Shown: piece by piece, positions 48,651 through 57,521 of the stretch
Numbering within the stretch: position 1 is the stretch's first letter
Layout of the letters: each line of letters opens with the position of its first letter
From: Bacteroidales bacterium
Lineage (GTDB): Bacteria > Bacteroidota > Bacteroidia > Bacteroidales > UBA12077
Assembly (NCBI GenBank): GCA_028282585.1
Contig: JANQHR010000127.1
Coordinates: forward strand, 1-64,000
Length of the DNA: 64,000 nt
Direction of reading: 5' to 3'
Position numbers and translations under genes: made by a program
The notes under the pieces: model-generated
Seen by the model: only the letters and a program-made list of their open reading frames with translations
Databases searched by the model: none
Told to the model about the DNA's origin: nothing

Positions 48651-48664
48651 ATGAATTTTGTTTA

Positions 48665-49396
48665 TTATCCCATATTGGATATTAATTGAAGTTTTTCTTT
48701 ATCTAAGATTTTAATATGCGGGCATTTATCCTCTATAATATGATCTTCTGAGAAATCTTTTAAGATTCTAACAACACTTTCTTTTGCCATTCCTGACAAC
48801 TCACCCAGTTCTTGCCTTGATAATAAAAGATCAAATATATCTGATTCATGAATATGATTAGCCAAATACAATAAAGTTTCTGCCATTCTTCCATGCATCT
48901 TTTTTTGAGAATGGCTTAAAAACCTATAAAATGTATTTAACGACTTTTTACTAATATCAATTAAAAAACCTTCAGCAAATTTGCTATTTTTTAAAACAAG
49001 TTCTTTTAGCACATCCATTTTTATGAAACATGCGTTTACATCAGTTAAAGCCGATAATGTATAATGATGTCGACTATCTACATAAGTACCGGGTCCTGCT
49101 ATTAACCTTTTTTGTTTAGCAATACCTATCATCATTTTTTTATTATCATATCCTTCTATATATAATTTCCCCATCCCGTTTATTAAAAAAACTGCACTTG
49201 AAATAGGCGAACCCTGTTTAAAAATAATCTCTCCTGGCCGAAACATTGCCTGACTTCTATTTTCACACACATATCTTAACTCATCTTCGGTTAAATTATT
49301 AAAATTTTCCCATGCGGATTCACAGTCAGTGCAACATGGTGCAATACAATTCTCTACCATAACGCTAAGTTTAGATATTATGATTTTAATGTCCAC
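48665..49396 (-). CDS. Crp/Fnr-family regulator with N-terminal Cys cluster (FNR-like)
   Basis: CIAPCCTDC, cNMP-binding fold, SRQEL..LSGMAKESVVR helix-turn-helix. Confidence 0.9.
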   Translation of the reverse strand: MDIKIIISKLSVMVENCIAPCCTDCESAWENFNNLTEDELRYVCENRSQAMFRPGEIIFKQGSPISSAVFLINGMGKLYIEGYDNKKMMIGIAKQKRLIAGPGTYVDSRHHYTLSALTDVNACFIKMDVLKELVLKNSKFAEGFLIDISKKSLNTFYRFLSHSQKKMHGRMAETLLYLANHIHESDIFDLLLSRQELGELSGMAKESVVRILKDFSEDHIIEDKCPHIKILDKEKLQLISNMG

Positions 49397-49405
49397 TAAT
49401 GTCTA

Positions 49406-49419
49406 TTGATATATATCAA
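49406..49419. promoter_or_regulatory. FNR box
   Basis: TTGAT-ATAT-ATCAA, perfect consensus, about 10 nt upstream of the regulator start. Confidence 0.8.
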
Positions 49420-49449
49420 TACAAGAATTGATACTTTTTGTTCGATAAT

Positions 49450-49463
49450 TTGATCATTATCAA
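49450..49463. promoter_or_regulatory. FNR box
   Basis: TTGAT-CATT-ATCAA, perfect consensus. Confidence 0.8.
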
Positions 49464-49464
49464 C

Positions 49465-49480
49465 TGTTAGCATCATAACA
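49465..49480. promoter_or_regulatory. TGTTA-N6-TAACA operator (Rex-like)
   Basis: TGTTA-GCATCA-TAACA abutting the second FNR box. Confidence 0.6.
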
Positions 49481-49561
49481 ATCAACATTTAAAAATAGCA
49501 ATTAATTACCATAATAACTACTTTGCAATAAATAAAACTAATTCATTAAAATCATTACGCT

Positions 49562-50674
49562 ATGAAAAATTTGACCAAATTATTAAGCATTTTGTTTCTG
49601 TTCGGTTTAATTTTTGGTGCTTGTGAAGGACCTGAAGGGCCAGCCGGTTTGGATGGAGAAGATGGAGAAGATGGATTAAACGGCATCGATGGTACAGCAA
49701 CATGCTTTGTTTGTCATGATGGGACAACAATTGAAACTGTTCAGGGTGAATTTTATGCTTCTCAGCATGCCCTTGGCGATATCGCTGTCGATTATGCGGG
49801 CGGTAGAAGTTATTGTGCTCAATGCCACTCGCACCAGGGATTTGTTGAATATCATACAACAGGTAGTATTGCCGCAGATTATTCAGCCCCTGAAGCCTGG
49901 GAGTGTGCTACCTGCCATACCTTACATACTGCATTCGACAGTACAGACTGGAACTTTAGGGCAGCTGATGCAGTTACTTTTCTTGCTGATGGCACAACCA
50001 GTTTTGATGATGGGAATAATAATCTTTGTGCAAATTGCCACCAATCACGCAGAAATGATGATTATTATGACAATGTAACAACCGCTGAAACATATGAACG
50101 AACATTCACCGGTGATGATACGTTGTTATACGCTAACGCTGCATTGGGCCCGTCAGGAACAGCAACATATAATGCTACAAATGATACTTTGACTGTTGTG
50201 TTTGATGTACCAACCGATTATGTTTACATAAGCAGTATACATGCCGGTCCTCACCATGGACCTCAAGCAAATGTATTTTTAGGCGTAGGTGCTGCAGGAT
50301 CTGTAACTGGTTCAGTATATTCACCACATTCAGGCGGATGTGTTATGTGCCATATGGGACCGGCAAGCGGACATAGTTTCTTGCCTGAAGATGGGAACTG
50401 TACCGACTGCCACACAAGTGGCCCTCCCACCTCTGCAATGGATGCAATTGCAGATCGTATAGAAGCAATTGGAGATGCTCTTGAAGCAATACACGCTATA
50501 CACTATGATGAAGAAGAAGGTGTATACCATCCTATGTATGCTTCAATTACAAGAGATCAATTTCAGGCATTCTGGAATTTTATGATTGCACTTGAGGACA
50601 GAAGTGACGGCGCTCATAATCCAACATTTATTAAAGCTTTACTAACAGACGCAGAAACCAAACTAGGACTATAA
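49562..50674 (+). CDS. Hexaheme cytochrome c lipoprotein with collagen-like linker
   Basis: Lipobox IFGAC, (Gxx)7 repeat, six CxxCH (CFVCH, CAQCH, CATCH, CANCH, CVMCH, CTDCH), C-terminal DRSDGAHNP. Confidence 0.92.
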   Translation: MKNLTKLLSILFLFGLIFGACEGPEGPAGLDGEDGEDGLNGIDGTATCFVCHDGTTIETVQGEFYASQHALGDIAVDYAGGRSYCAQCHSHQGFVEYHTTGSIAADYSAPEAWECATCHTLHTAFDSTDWNFRAADAVTFLADGTTSFDDGNNNLCANCHQSRRNDDYYDNVTTAETYERTFTGDDTLLYANAALGPSGTATYNATNDTLTVVFDVPTDYVYISSIHAGPHHGPQANVFLGVGAAGSVTGSVYSPHSGGCVMCHMGPASGHSFLPEDGNCTDCHTSGPPTSAMDAIADRIEAIGDALEAIHAIHYDEEEGVYHPMYASITRDQFQAFWNFMIALEDRSDGAHNPTFIKALLTDAETKLGL

Positions 50675-50697
50675 TTTCATAGCTAATAATAATTTAG

Positions 50698-50731
50698 GAA
50701 GTTGTTTGGTATTGCTAAACAACTTCTTTTT
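50698..50731 (+). terminator. Intra-operon terminator or stabilising hairpin
   Basis: GAAGTTGTTT-N9-AAACAACTTC followed by TTTTT. Confidence 0.7.
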
Positions 50732-50747
50732 ATAAAAGGATACGAAC

Positions 50748-51110
50748 ATGAAAAAATGTCTATTATTTATATTAGGATTCATTTTACTTTCATTTACTGC
50801 ATGTGAATATAAGTTTATTGATCCAATCGAAGTTGAATTACCTGATGAACCAGTAAGTTTTACAGGACAGATAATACCTATTTTTCAAGATAAATGCGTT
50901 ACCTGCCATTCTTCAACAAGTCCGATTTTAACTACAAGTAATGCATATGGTAATCTTATAAATGGAAATTATATAGATACGGTAATACCAGAACAGAGCG
51001 CATTGTATGAAAAAGTAAATGATGGCCATCCGGGTGGAAACGAGGCATTAAATGCAACCGAATTGGCCCTTATTTTAAAATGGATTACGGAAGGTGCAAG
51101 AAATAATTAA
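50748..51110 (+). CDS. Monoheme cytochrome c lipoprotein
   Basis: Lipobox FTAC, CVTCH, later GHP, C-terminal WITEGARNN. Confidence 0.85.
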   Translation: MKKCLLFILGFILLSFTACEYKFIDPIEVELPDEPVSFTGQIIPIFQDKCVTCHSSTSPILTTSNAYGNLINGNYIDTVIPEQSALYEKVNDGHPGGNEALNATELALILKWITEGARNN

Positions 51111-51138
51111 AAATAAGTTAAATAAAAAATTCAATATC

Positions 51139-52002
51139 ATGAAAACATATATTATTAAGTTACTACTTATTTTATTAATTATATCAACTTGTAATTTTAG
51201 TTTTGCACAAGATGAAACAGAAAAGAAGGAGGATAAACCTGTTCGTAATCCTTTCCACGCTACAACATTAATCGAAAGCCAAACTATAATTGGTTCTTCA
51301 GCCAAAGAATTAGAAATGATTATCCATCACCGCTTTGGAAGCGTTGAAAACGGTTTTTCTGATCTATTTGGTATTTATGCAGCGTCTAATATCAGGCTCG
51401 GACTACAATATGGAATAACTGATAAGTTAACAGTTGGTATAGGAACAGAAAAAAACAATAAATTCAATGATCTTAATGCCAAATATGCAATATTTAGGCA
51501 AACCAGATCAGGAAGTATGCCTTTATCACTGTCAGTTCATGTTAATTTCACTATCGATTCAAGAGATGAAGAACTATTCGGTACCAATTATGAATTTATA
51601 GATCGTTTTTCATATCATACGCAAATTATAGTGGCTAGAAAGTTCACAAACTCGCTTTCATTGCAATTATCGCCAAGCTACTCACATTTTAATGCAGTAG
51701 ATACCATGTATCATCATGATAAAATTGGATTAATGTTTGGCGGGCGTTTTAAGTTCGCAACTAAAATGGGTGTAATATTTGAATATCATCACCCATTTAG
51801 AATTAATCCTCAGCATGATTATCAGGAAGAAATACAACCTGGAGCAGCTCTTGGTCTTGAAATTGGAACAACTACGCATGCATTTCAGATTTTTGCTACC
51901 AATTATCAACATATTCTGGCGCAAAAAAATTATGTAATGAATACAAATAAATTTGATGGTGAAGGAATTTTATTAGGTTTTAATATCACTGTCAGTTTTT
52001 AA
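51139..52002 (+). CDS. Outer-membrane beta-barrel protein (DUF5777-like)
   Basis: Signal peptide from ATG 51139, HRFG...LFG...NIRLG..YGITD, amphipathic strands, terminal F. Confidence 0.8.
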   Translation: MKTYIIKLLLILLIISTCNFSFAQDETEKKEDKPVRNPFHATTLIESQTIIGSSAKELEMIIHHRFGSVENGFSDLFGIYAASNIRLGLQYGITDKLTVGIGTEKNNKFNDLNAKYAIFRQTRSGSMPLSLSVHVNFTIDSRDEELFGTNYEFIDRFSYHTQIIVARKFTNSLSLQLSPSYSHFNAVDTMYHHDKIGLMFGGRFKFATKMGVIFEYHHPFRINPQHDYQEEIQPGAALGLEIGTTTHAFQIFATNYQHILAQKNYVMNTNKFDGEGILLGFNITVSF

Positions 52003-52018
52003 ATGAAAACTACCTGAC

Positions 52019-52930
52019 ATGAGTAATAATAACAAAAAAAGTAGAAGAAAATTTCTTAAATATACATTAGGTGCCGGATTAGGATCTATGATCGGCCTCC
52101 CTTTAATTTCCAATAGTTTAGGTCATGATGATAAACCTTTTTCCGGTAATAAGATTAAACTTTTAACAACAGATGGAAAAGTTATAGAAGTTGATAAGGA
52201 CGAACTTAAAAACATGGCTTCATATGCACAACCTGCTGTAGATAAAGAAGCTAGAAAAGGTATTCAAAATCGAAAATTCGTAATGGTAATTGATCTTGCA
52301 AGGTGTAAAAATGCACGTACTTGTATAGAATCTTGTCAGTATGCGCATCAGCTGCGTCCTGAACAAGAATTCATGAAGGTAATTAAAATGCAAGATGCTG
52401 AAGAAACAGCTCCCTATTGGATGCCAAAACCGTGTTTTCATTGTGATAATGCAACCTGTGTTGATGTTTGTCCTGTTTATGCAACTTATAAACGCGATGA
52501 TGGACTGGTTCTGGTTGATATTGATCGTTGTATTGGTTGCAAATATTGCATGGTTGCCTGTCCCTATGAAGCAAGAGTATTTCACTGGAAAGAGCCGTTC
52601 AGAAAAGAGGAATTCGAAGGAATTAAATATTCACCTGAAACAAGTGTTCCTGTTAAACAAGGTACTGTCGGGAAATGTGATTTCTGCCCGGATTTAGCAA
52701 GAAATGACAAGTTACCTTATTGTGCCACTGCGTGCCCTGAAGGAGTAATTTATTTTGGCGATTTTAATGAAGATACAGTTACTAATGGATATGAAACCCA
52801 CAGATTAAGCGAATTTCTGAAACAAAAATCAGCTTATCGCTACCTTCCACATTATGGTACCGAACCTAATGTTTATTATTTACCACCGGTTGACAGAATA
52901 TATCCATTTGAAGAAACAAAAAGTAGTTAA
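52019..52930 (+). CDS. Tat-exported NrfC/DsrO/QrcC-like Fe-S protein
   Basis: SRRKFLK Tat motif; CKNARTCIESC, CFHCDNATCVDVCP, CIGCKYCMVACP, KCDFC...CATACP. Confidence 0.9.
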   Translation: MSNNNKKSRRKFLKYTLGAGLGSMIGLPLISNSLGHDDKPFSGNKIKLLTTDGKVIEVDKDELKNMASYAQPAVDKEARKGIQNRKFVMVIDLARCKNARTCIESCQYAHQLRPEQEFMKVIKMQDAEETAPYWMPKPCFHCDNATCVDVCPVYATYKRDDGLVLVDIDRCIGCKYCMVACPYEARVFHWKEPFRKEEFEGIKYSPETSVPVKQGTVGKCDFCPDLARNDKLPYCATACPEGVIYFGDFNEDTVTNGYETHRLSEFLKQKSAYRYLPHYGTEPNVYYLPPVDRIYPFEETKSS

Positions 52931-52932
52931 TT

Positions 52933-54072
52933 ATGAGTAATAAAAAAGCATACATAGTTTGGTTAGGTTTTTTAGGGATATTTCTGGCACTGGGATTGTT
53001 TGCGGCAATACGTCTTTATACGATGGGTAGTGACTCCGTTTTTCATGCAGATGATACGATTCCCTGGACTCTTCTTATAGCTAGTTATGTATTTTTCGTA
53101 CTAACTAGTACAGGTGCCACAATAGTTGCTTCGTTATCATTAGTATTTGGATTTACCAGATATGATCCAATTGTAAAAAGATCAATATTTATAGGTCTTA
53201 TTTCATTAGTAGCTGGTTTTATATCAATGGGAATGGAATTAGGTGATCCTTTAAATATGTTTTATTATTTTCTTTCTCCAAATTTCAAATCTCCAATTTG
53301 GTGGATGGGTACATTTTACATGTGTTTGTTAGTAGTATTAAGTGTAAAATTCTGGCAAATTCATAAGGAGAAAGGTTCATTTAAATCTAAAAAAATATTA
53401 TCAATCAGCGCTTTAATTTTAGAGGTTGCTGCATTAACTACTCTAGGCTCCGTGTTTGGATTTGTTGAAGCGAGACCAACATATTTCGGTGAATTTATTC
53501 AGGTATATTTCTTATTTTCATCAATTATAGCGGGTATTTCTGCAATTTTCTTTTTTAGTTTAATTGTATATAAAATAAAATATAATAGTATACCTGAAAA
53601 TTTGAAGGAAATGTACGATGGACTTTCCAAAATATTTGGAGCATTTATTGGAATTACCCTTTTGTTCTCAATATGGAGAATTCTGATCGGACTTTATGCT
53701 AACCGTCCTGAATTCGATGCTCTAAACTATATTATCGAAACCTGGCACTATAGAATTGAAATATTTATGGGGTTAATGGTACCATTCGCAATTATGATAA
53801 TACCGAATTTCAGAAAAACATTCTCGGGAAAATTAATTGCTTCAATTTTGGTATTTCTTGGATTAAGCATAGAACGTATGAACATGGTTATGTTGGGGCA
53901 AATTCGTCCAATCTTTCCGGAAAGCGCCGAAGGCTTACATATCATAACCTATTTTCCAACTTTTTGGGAATGGGCCATTGCTGCATTCTCATTATCAATT
54001 CTGTTCTTTTTATACACTTTAGGTGAAAAATACCTAAACCTTGATACAACGGATTTTTTAACTAATAAATAA
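52933..54072 (+). CDS. nrfD: NrfD/DsrP-family quinol-interacting membrane subunit
   Basis: IPW.LLIASYVFF, ELGDP, SPIWW, about 10 TM helices, Y.PT..EW. Confidence 0.87.
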   Translation: MSNKKAYIVWLGFLGIFLALGLFAAIRLYTMGSDSVFHADDTIPWTLLIASYVFFVLTSTGATIVASLSLVFGFTRYDPIVKRSIFIGLISLVAGFISMGMELGDPLNMFYYFLSPNFKSPIWWMGTFYMCLLVVLSVKFWQIHKEKGSFKSKKILSISALILEVAALTTLGSVFGFVEARPTYFGEFIQVYFLFSSIIAGISAIFFFSLIVYKIKYNSIPENLKEMYDGLSKIFGAFIGITLLFSIWRILIGLYANRPEFDALNYIIETWHYRIEIFMGLMVPFAIMIIPNFRKTFSGKLIASILVFLGLSIERMNMVMLGQIRPIFPESAEGLHIITYFPTFWEWAIAAFSLSILFFLYTLGEKYLNLDTTDFLTNK

Positions 54073-54076
54073 ACCT

Positions 54077-54904
54077 ATGAATCCAGTATATATGCTAACA
54101 AGATCATTTCTAATTATTATATCGCTCTTTATCAGTTTGATTTCTTTAGGTCAGGAAAAACAAAAAGTATACATGAGCATGGACACAAAAATGATCGTTA
54201 ATGAGTACAGATTAATTGAGGTCACTCTGCGAACTCGGGTGGATGGAAAATTCCATCCAATTCAGGACGCTGAAGTTGAGATTTTAATGAAAACAGAGGA
54301 GAGTGACAAGAGCCTGGCGAATATTTTAACTAATACAGAAGGCGTTGCAAGCCTTGTTATTGAAAAGGATTACTCTTACTTCAAAGATGAAGAAGGAAAG
54401 TATACCATTTTAGCAAAATTTAAAGGCAATAATAACTTTAAGAAAGCAAGTAAAAGAGTAAAAGTACGCGATTTGTCTTTAAAGGCAGGTTTTAATGAGG
54501 TTGATTCTGTTAAAAAAATTAATATCTCTGCGCTGGAGTTTATAAAAGATAGTTTAACTATTCCTGAAAAGGATGTAGATTATAAAGTTTTTGTCGACAG
54601 AATGTTTGCTGACTTAGAATTAGCTAGTGGTACGTTTAAAGAAGGTGAAGCGGAAGTTATTATTCCTAATGACATTCCTGGCAACCCAACTGGTTATATA
54701 AACCTAATTATCAGGGTTGATGAAAGAGATTATCAATTAGTTGAATTAACCACAGAAATAAATTGGGGAGTTCCTCTTAAAATAGAAGAAGCTAGAAATA
54801 AAAATGCAACAACCATTTCTTATATCGCTTTTATGATTACTTCGGTAATTGTTATCTCAATTCTTGGGCTTTTATTAAGCAGGCGAATCAATAATAAAAC
54901 ATAA
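54077..54904 (+). CDS. Hypothetical exported beta-rich protein with C-terminal TM anchor
   Basis: Signal peptide, beta-rich body, hydrophobic C-terminal helix followed by basic tail. Confidence 0.7.
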   Translation: MNPVYMLTRSFLIIISLFISLISLGQEKQKVYMSMDTKMIVNEYRLIEVTLRTRVDGKFHPIQDAEVEILMKTEESDKSLANILTNTEGVASLVIEKDYSYFKDEEGKYTILAKFKGNNNFKKASKRVKVRDLSLKAGFNEVDSVKKINISALEFIKDSLTIPEKDVDYKVFVDRMFADLELASGTFKEGEAEVIIPNDIPGNPTGYINLIIRVDERDYQLVELTTEINWGVPLKIEEARNKNATTISYIAFMITSVIVISILGLLLSRRINNKT

Positions 54905-54914
54905 ATCAAAAATC

Positions 54915-55313
54915 ATGAAAAAATCTAAATTATTATTTGTATCAGTATTACTTGCCAGTATCTTTTTTATGGCGATGGGATATACCATTTCATATGAGTG
55001 GGTAGTTCCTGATAAATACAAAAACATGAAGAATCCTTATGCCGATTCTGATGACGATTACGGCGCTGAACTTTATGAAATACATTGCGCATCCTGCCAT
55101 GGCGATGAAGGGTATGGAGATGGGAAGAAAGCAGATAACCTTGAAACACCCATGCGCGAATTAGGATCTGAAGAAGTTCTAGCGCAAACCGATGGTGAAC
55201 TTTACTATAAATCATTTATTGGTAGGGATGAAATGCCAAACTTCGAGAAAAAAATTGACAGCGAAGAAGATCGTTGGCTAATAGTAAACTTTATGAGAAC
55301 ATTAGCTGAATAA
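54915..55313 (+). CDS. Monoheme class I cytochrome c
   Basis: Signal or anchor, KNPY, CASCHG, distal EMP Met, RW.IV..MR. Confidence 0.9.
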   Translation: MKKSKLLFVSVLLASIFFMAMGYTISYEWVVPDKYKNMKNPYADSDDDYGAELYEIHCASCHGDEGYGDGKKADNLETPMRELGSEEVLAQTDGELYYKSFIGRDEMPNFEKKIDSEEDRWLIVNFMRTLAE

Positions 55314-55320
55314 ATGTAAA

Positions 55321-55415
55321 TCACACTTCGACAAACCTTGCCTAAAGCCTGCCGGCAGAAAGGGGGCAAGCGTGCTCAGTGTGACTTTTTAGAAAGTTGT
55401 CATGCTGAGTTTATC
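55321..55415. repeat. Nested REP-like palindromic element
   Basis: tcacact...agtgtga and ctcagtgtgac/gtcatgctgag inverted arms enclosing cttgcc...ctgccggcag...ggcaag. Confidence 0.55.
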
Positions 55416-55644
55416 TATTTTTTTATTCTTATCACTACCGGTATACTTCCGGTTATATAAACAATAACCCACCCTAAGTATACAACTAGTGTATATCTAT
55501 AAAGTTATGGTTATATTTCATTTTAACTAATAGTTAGGAATTTAAGATTTAAAATTCTTTTTATAGTATAAAAACACGCTTTGTTTAAAAATCAACACCT
55601 ACAAAGGTAATTTATATCAATTAAAACCCTGTTTTTATCCATAA

Positions 55645-55675
55645 AACAAAGGAGAGCAAATTGCTCTCCTTTGTT
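55645..55675 (-). terminator. Intrinsic terminator of the second [FeFe] operon
   Basis: AACAAAGGAGAGCAA-A-TTGCTCTCCTTTGTT perfect inverted repeat with T-run on the minus strand. Confidence 0.85.
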
Positions 55676-55693
55676 CATCAGACTTATTTATAA

Positions 55694-57484
55694 CTAGTGT
55701 CTTTTACGTTTAGTGTAATGAGTGTGTAATAACTCATGAGATTTATGTCCAAGAGGTTCTCCTAAGAATTCCTTATATATTTGAGCAACTTCAGGATTTT
55801 CGTGTGACTTACGTATCTTCATACCAGTATCTTCACGATAAATTGCCTCTGCACGTTTTTTACGGATTTCAGGAGTTGTTGGGATCGGCTGGCCTCCACC
55901 ACCGATACAACCACCCGGGCAACCCATTACCTCAACAAAATGGTAATTAGCCTCTCCTTTCTTAATTGCTTCCATAATTTGGTGTGCATTAGTTAAACCA
56001 TGAGCAACAGCAGTTTTTAACTCAACACCTTCCAAGAAACTCCATTCAGGTAGTAAACCTTCTAGCTTAATAGAAGCTTCTCGAACACCTTCCATACCAC
56101 GAACTGGCGTAATATCTAGATTTTCAAAAGGCACTTCTCTTCCAGTTATTAATTCGTAGGCAGTACGTAAAGCAGCCTCCATAACACCACCAGTAGCACC
56201 GAAAATAACTGCAGCACCTGTAGAATCTCCCATTATACTATCGAAACCTTCATCTGGAAGTTTTTCAAAATCCATACCCGCTTGTTTAATCATTACAGCC
56301 AACTCACGAGTTGTGATTCCTAAATCAACATCTTGATATCCGCTATCTCTCATTTCAGGACGGGCAGCTTCGAATTTCTTAGCTGTACACGGCATGATAG
56401 ATACACTTACGATTTTAGATGGATCCAAACCTTTCTTCTGTGCATAATATGTTTTTGCTAAAGCTCCAAACATTTGTTGTGGAGATTTACAAGTAGATAA
56501 GTTTTCTAAATATTCCGGATATTGGTGCTCAATAAACTTAATCCAACCCGGAGAACATGAAGTAAACATAGGAACTTTTACACTAGAATCCTTGTCAACT
56601 AATGCTTTCTTAAGTCTTGTAAGTAACTCAGTACCTTCTTCCATGATAGTTAAGTCAGCAGTGAAATCAGTATCAAGAACTGAATCAAAACCTAATCTTC
56701 TTAAAGAAGCAGCCATTTTTCCAGTTACGATCTCACCAGGTTCCATACCAAGATCCTCACCTAATGCTATACGAGTTGCTGGAGCTGTTTGAACAATAAC
56801 ATGCTTATCTTTATCATAAATAGCATCCCAAACTTGATCAATATAATTTTTCTCAATTAATGCTCCAGTAGGACAACGGTTTACACACTGACCACAGTTT
56901 GTACAAACAACATCGTACATTGGGTTTTCGAAGAACGTAGAAATCTTCATATGATCACCTTTGTAAGCAACACCTAGTGCACTTACATGTTGTAACTCAG
57001 AACAAGTTCTAACACAACGCTGACAACGTATACATCTACTATCATCCTTAATAATTGAAGGTGATTGTTGGTCCTTTGTATAGTTTTTAATTGGAACCAG
57101 ATCAGTAAACATATGCTCGTTGATAACCATTTCGCTTGCAAGATCTTGTAATTCACAATTCTTGTTTTTATAGCATTTTGTACAATCAGCATTATGTTCA
57201 GATAGTAATAGCTCAACAACGTGTCTGCGAGCATTTCTTACTTTATGTGTATTTGTATGAATGATCATTCCTTCTTGAGCAGGCATTGCACATGAAGCAA
57301 CAAGGTTACGAGCACCTTCTTGTTCAACAACACATACTCTACAGTTTCCGGCTACACACAAATCTTCGTGATAACAAAGAGTAGGAATGTGTATATTTAA
57401 TTCTTTAGCAGCATCAAGAACAGTTTTTCCAGCCTCAACACTAACATCAATTCCGTCTATTTTTAAATTTACTGTATTAGCCAT
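55694..57484 (-). CDS. hydA: [FeFe]-hydrogenase group A3 catalytic subunit, second copy
   Basis: TSCSPGW, MPCTAKKFE, EVMGCPGGCIGGGG plus accessory Fe-S motifs. Confidence 0.95.
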   Translation of the reverse strand: MANTVNLKIDGIDVSVEAGKTVLDAAKELNIHIPTLCYHEDLCVAGNCRVCVVEQEGARNLVASCAMPAQEGMIIHTNTHKVRNARRHVVELLLSEHNADCTKCYKNKNCELQDLASEMVINEHMFTDLVPIKNYTKDQQSPSIIKDDSRCIRCQRCVRTCSELQHVSALGVAYKGDHMKISTFFENPMYDVVCTNCGQCVNRCPTGALIEKNYIDQVWDAIYDKDKHVIVQTAPATRIALGEDLGMEPGEIVTGKMAASLRRLGFDSVLDTDFTADLTIMEEGTELLTRLKKALVDKDSSVKVPMFTSCSPGWIKFIEHQYPEYLENLSTCKSPQQMFGALAKTYYAQKKGLDPSKIVSVSIMPCTAKKFEAARPEMRDSGYQDVDLGITTRELAVMIKQAGMDFEKLPDEGFDSIMGDSTGAAVIFGATGGVMEAALRTAYELITGREVPFENLDITPVRGMEGVREASIKLEGLLPEWSFLEGVELKTAVAHGLTNAHQIMEAIKKGEANYHFVEVMGCPGGCIGGGGQPIPTTPEIRKKRAEAIYREDTGMKIRKSHENPEVAQIYKEFLGEPLGHKSHELLHTHYTKRKRH

Positions 57485-57521
57485 GTTTTATCTTAATTTT
57501 ATTTTTTACAATCATTAGTTA

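Noticed and set aside
49562-54072. Nrf nitrite reductase or alternative complex III
   Set aside because: No CxxCK pentaheme NrfA, and no ActB molybdopterin-like domain or ActA/ActF equivalents in the operon.
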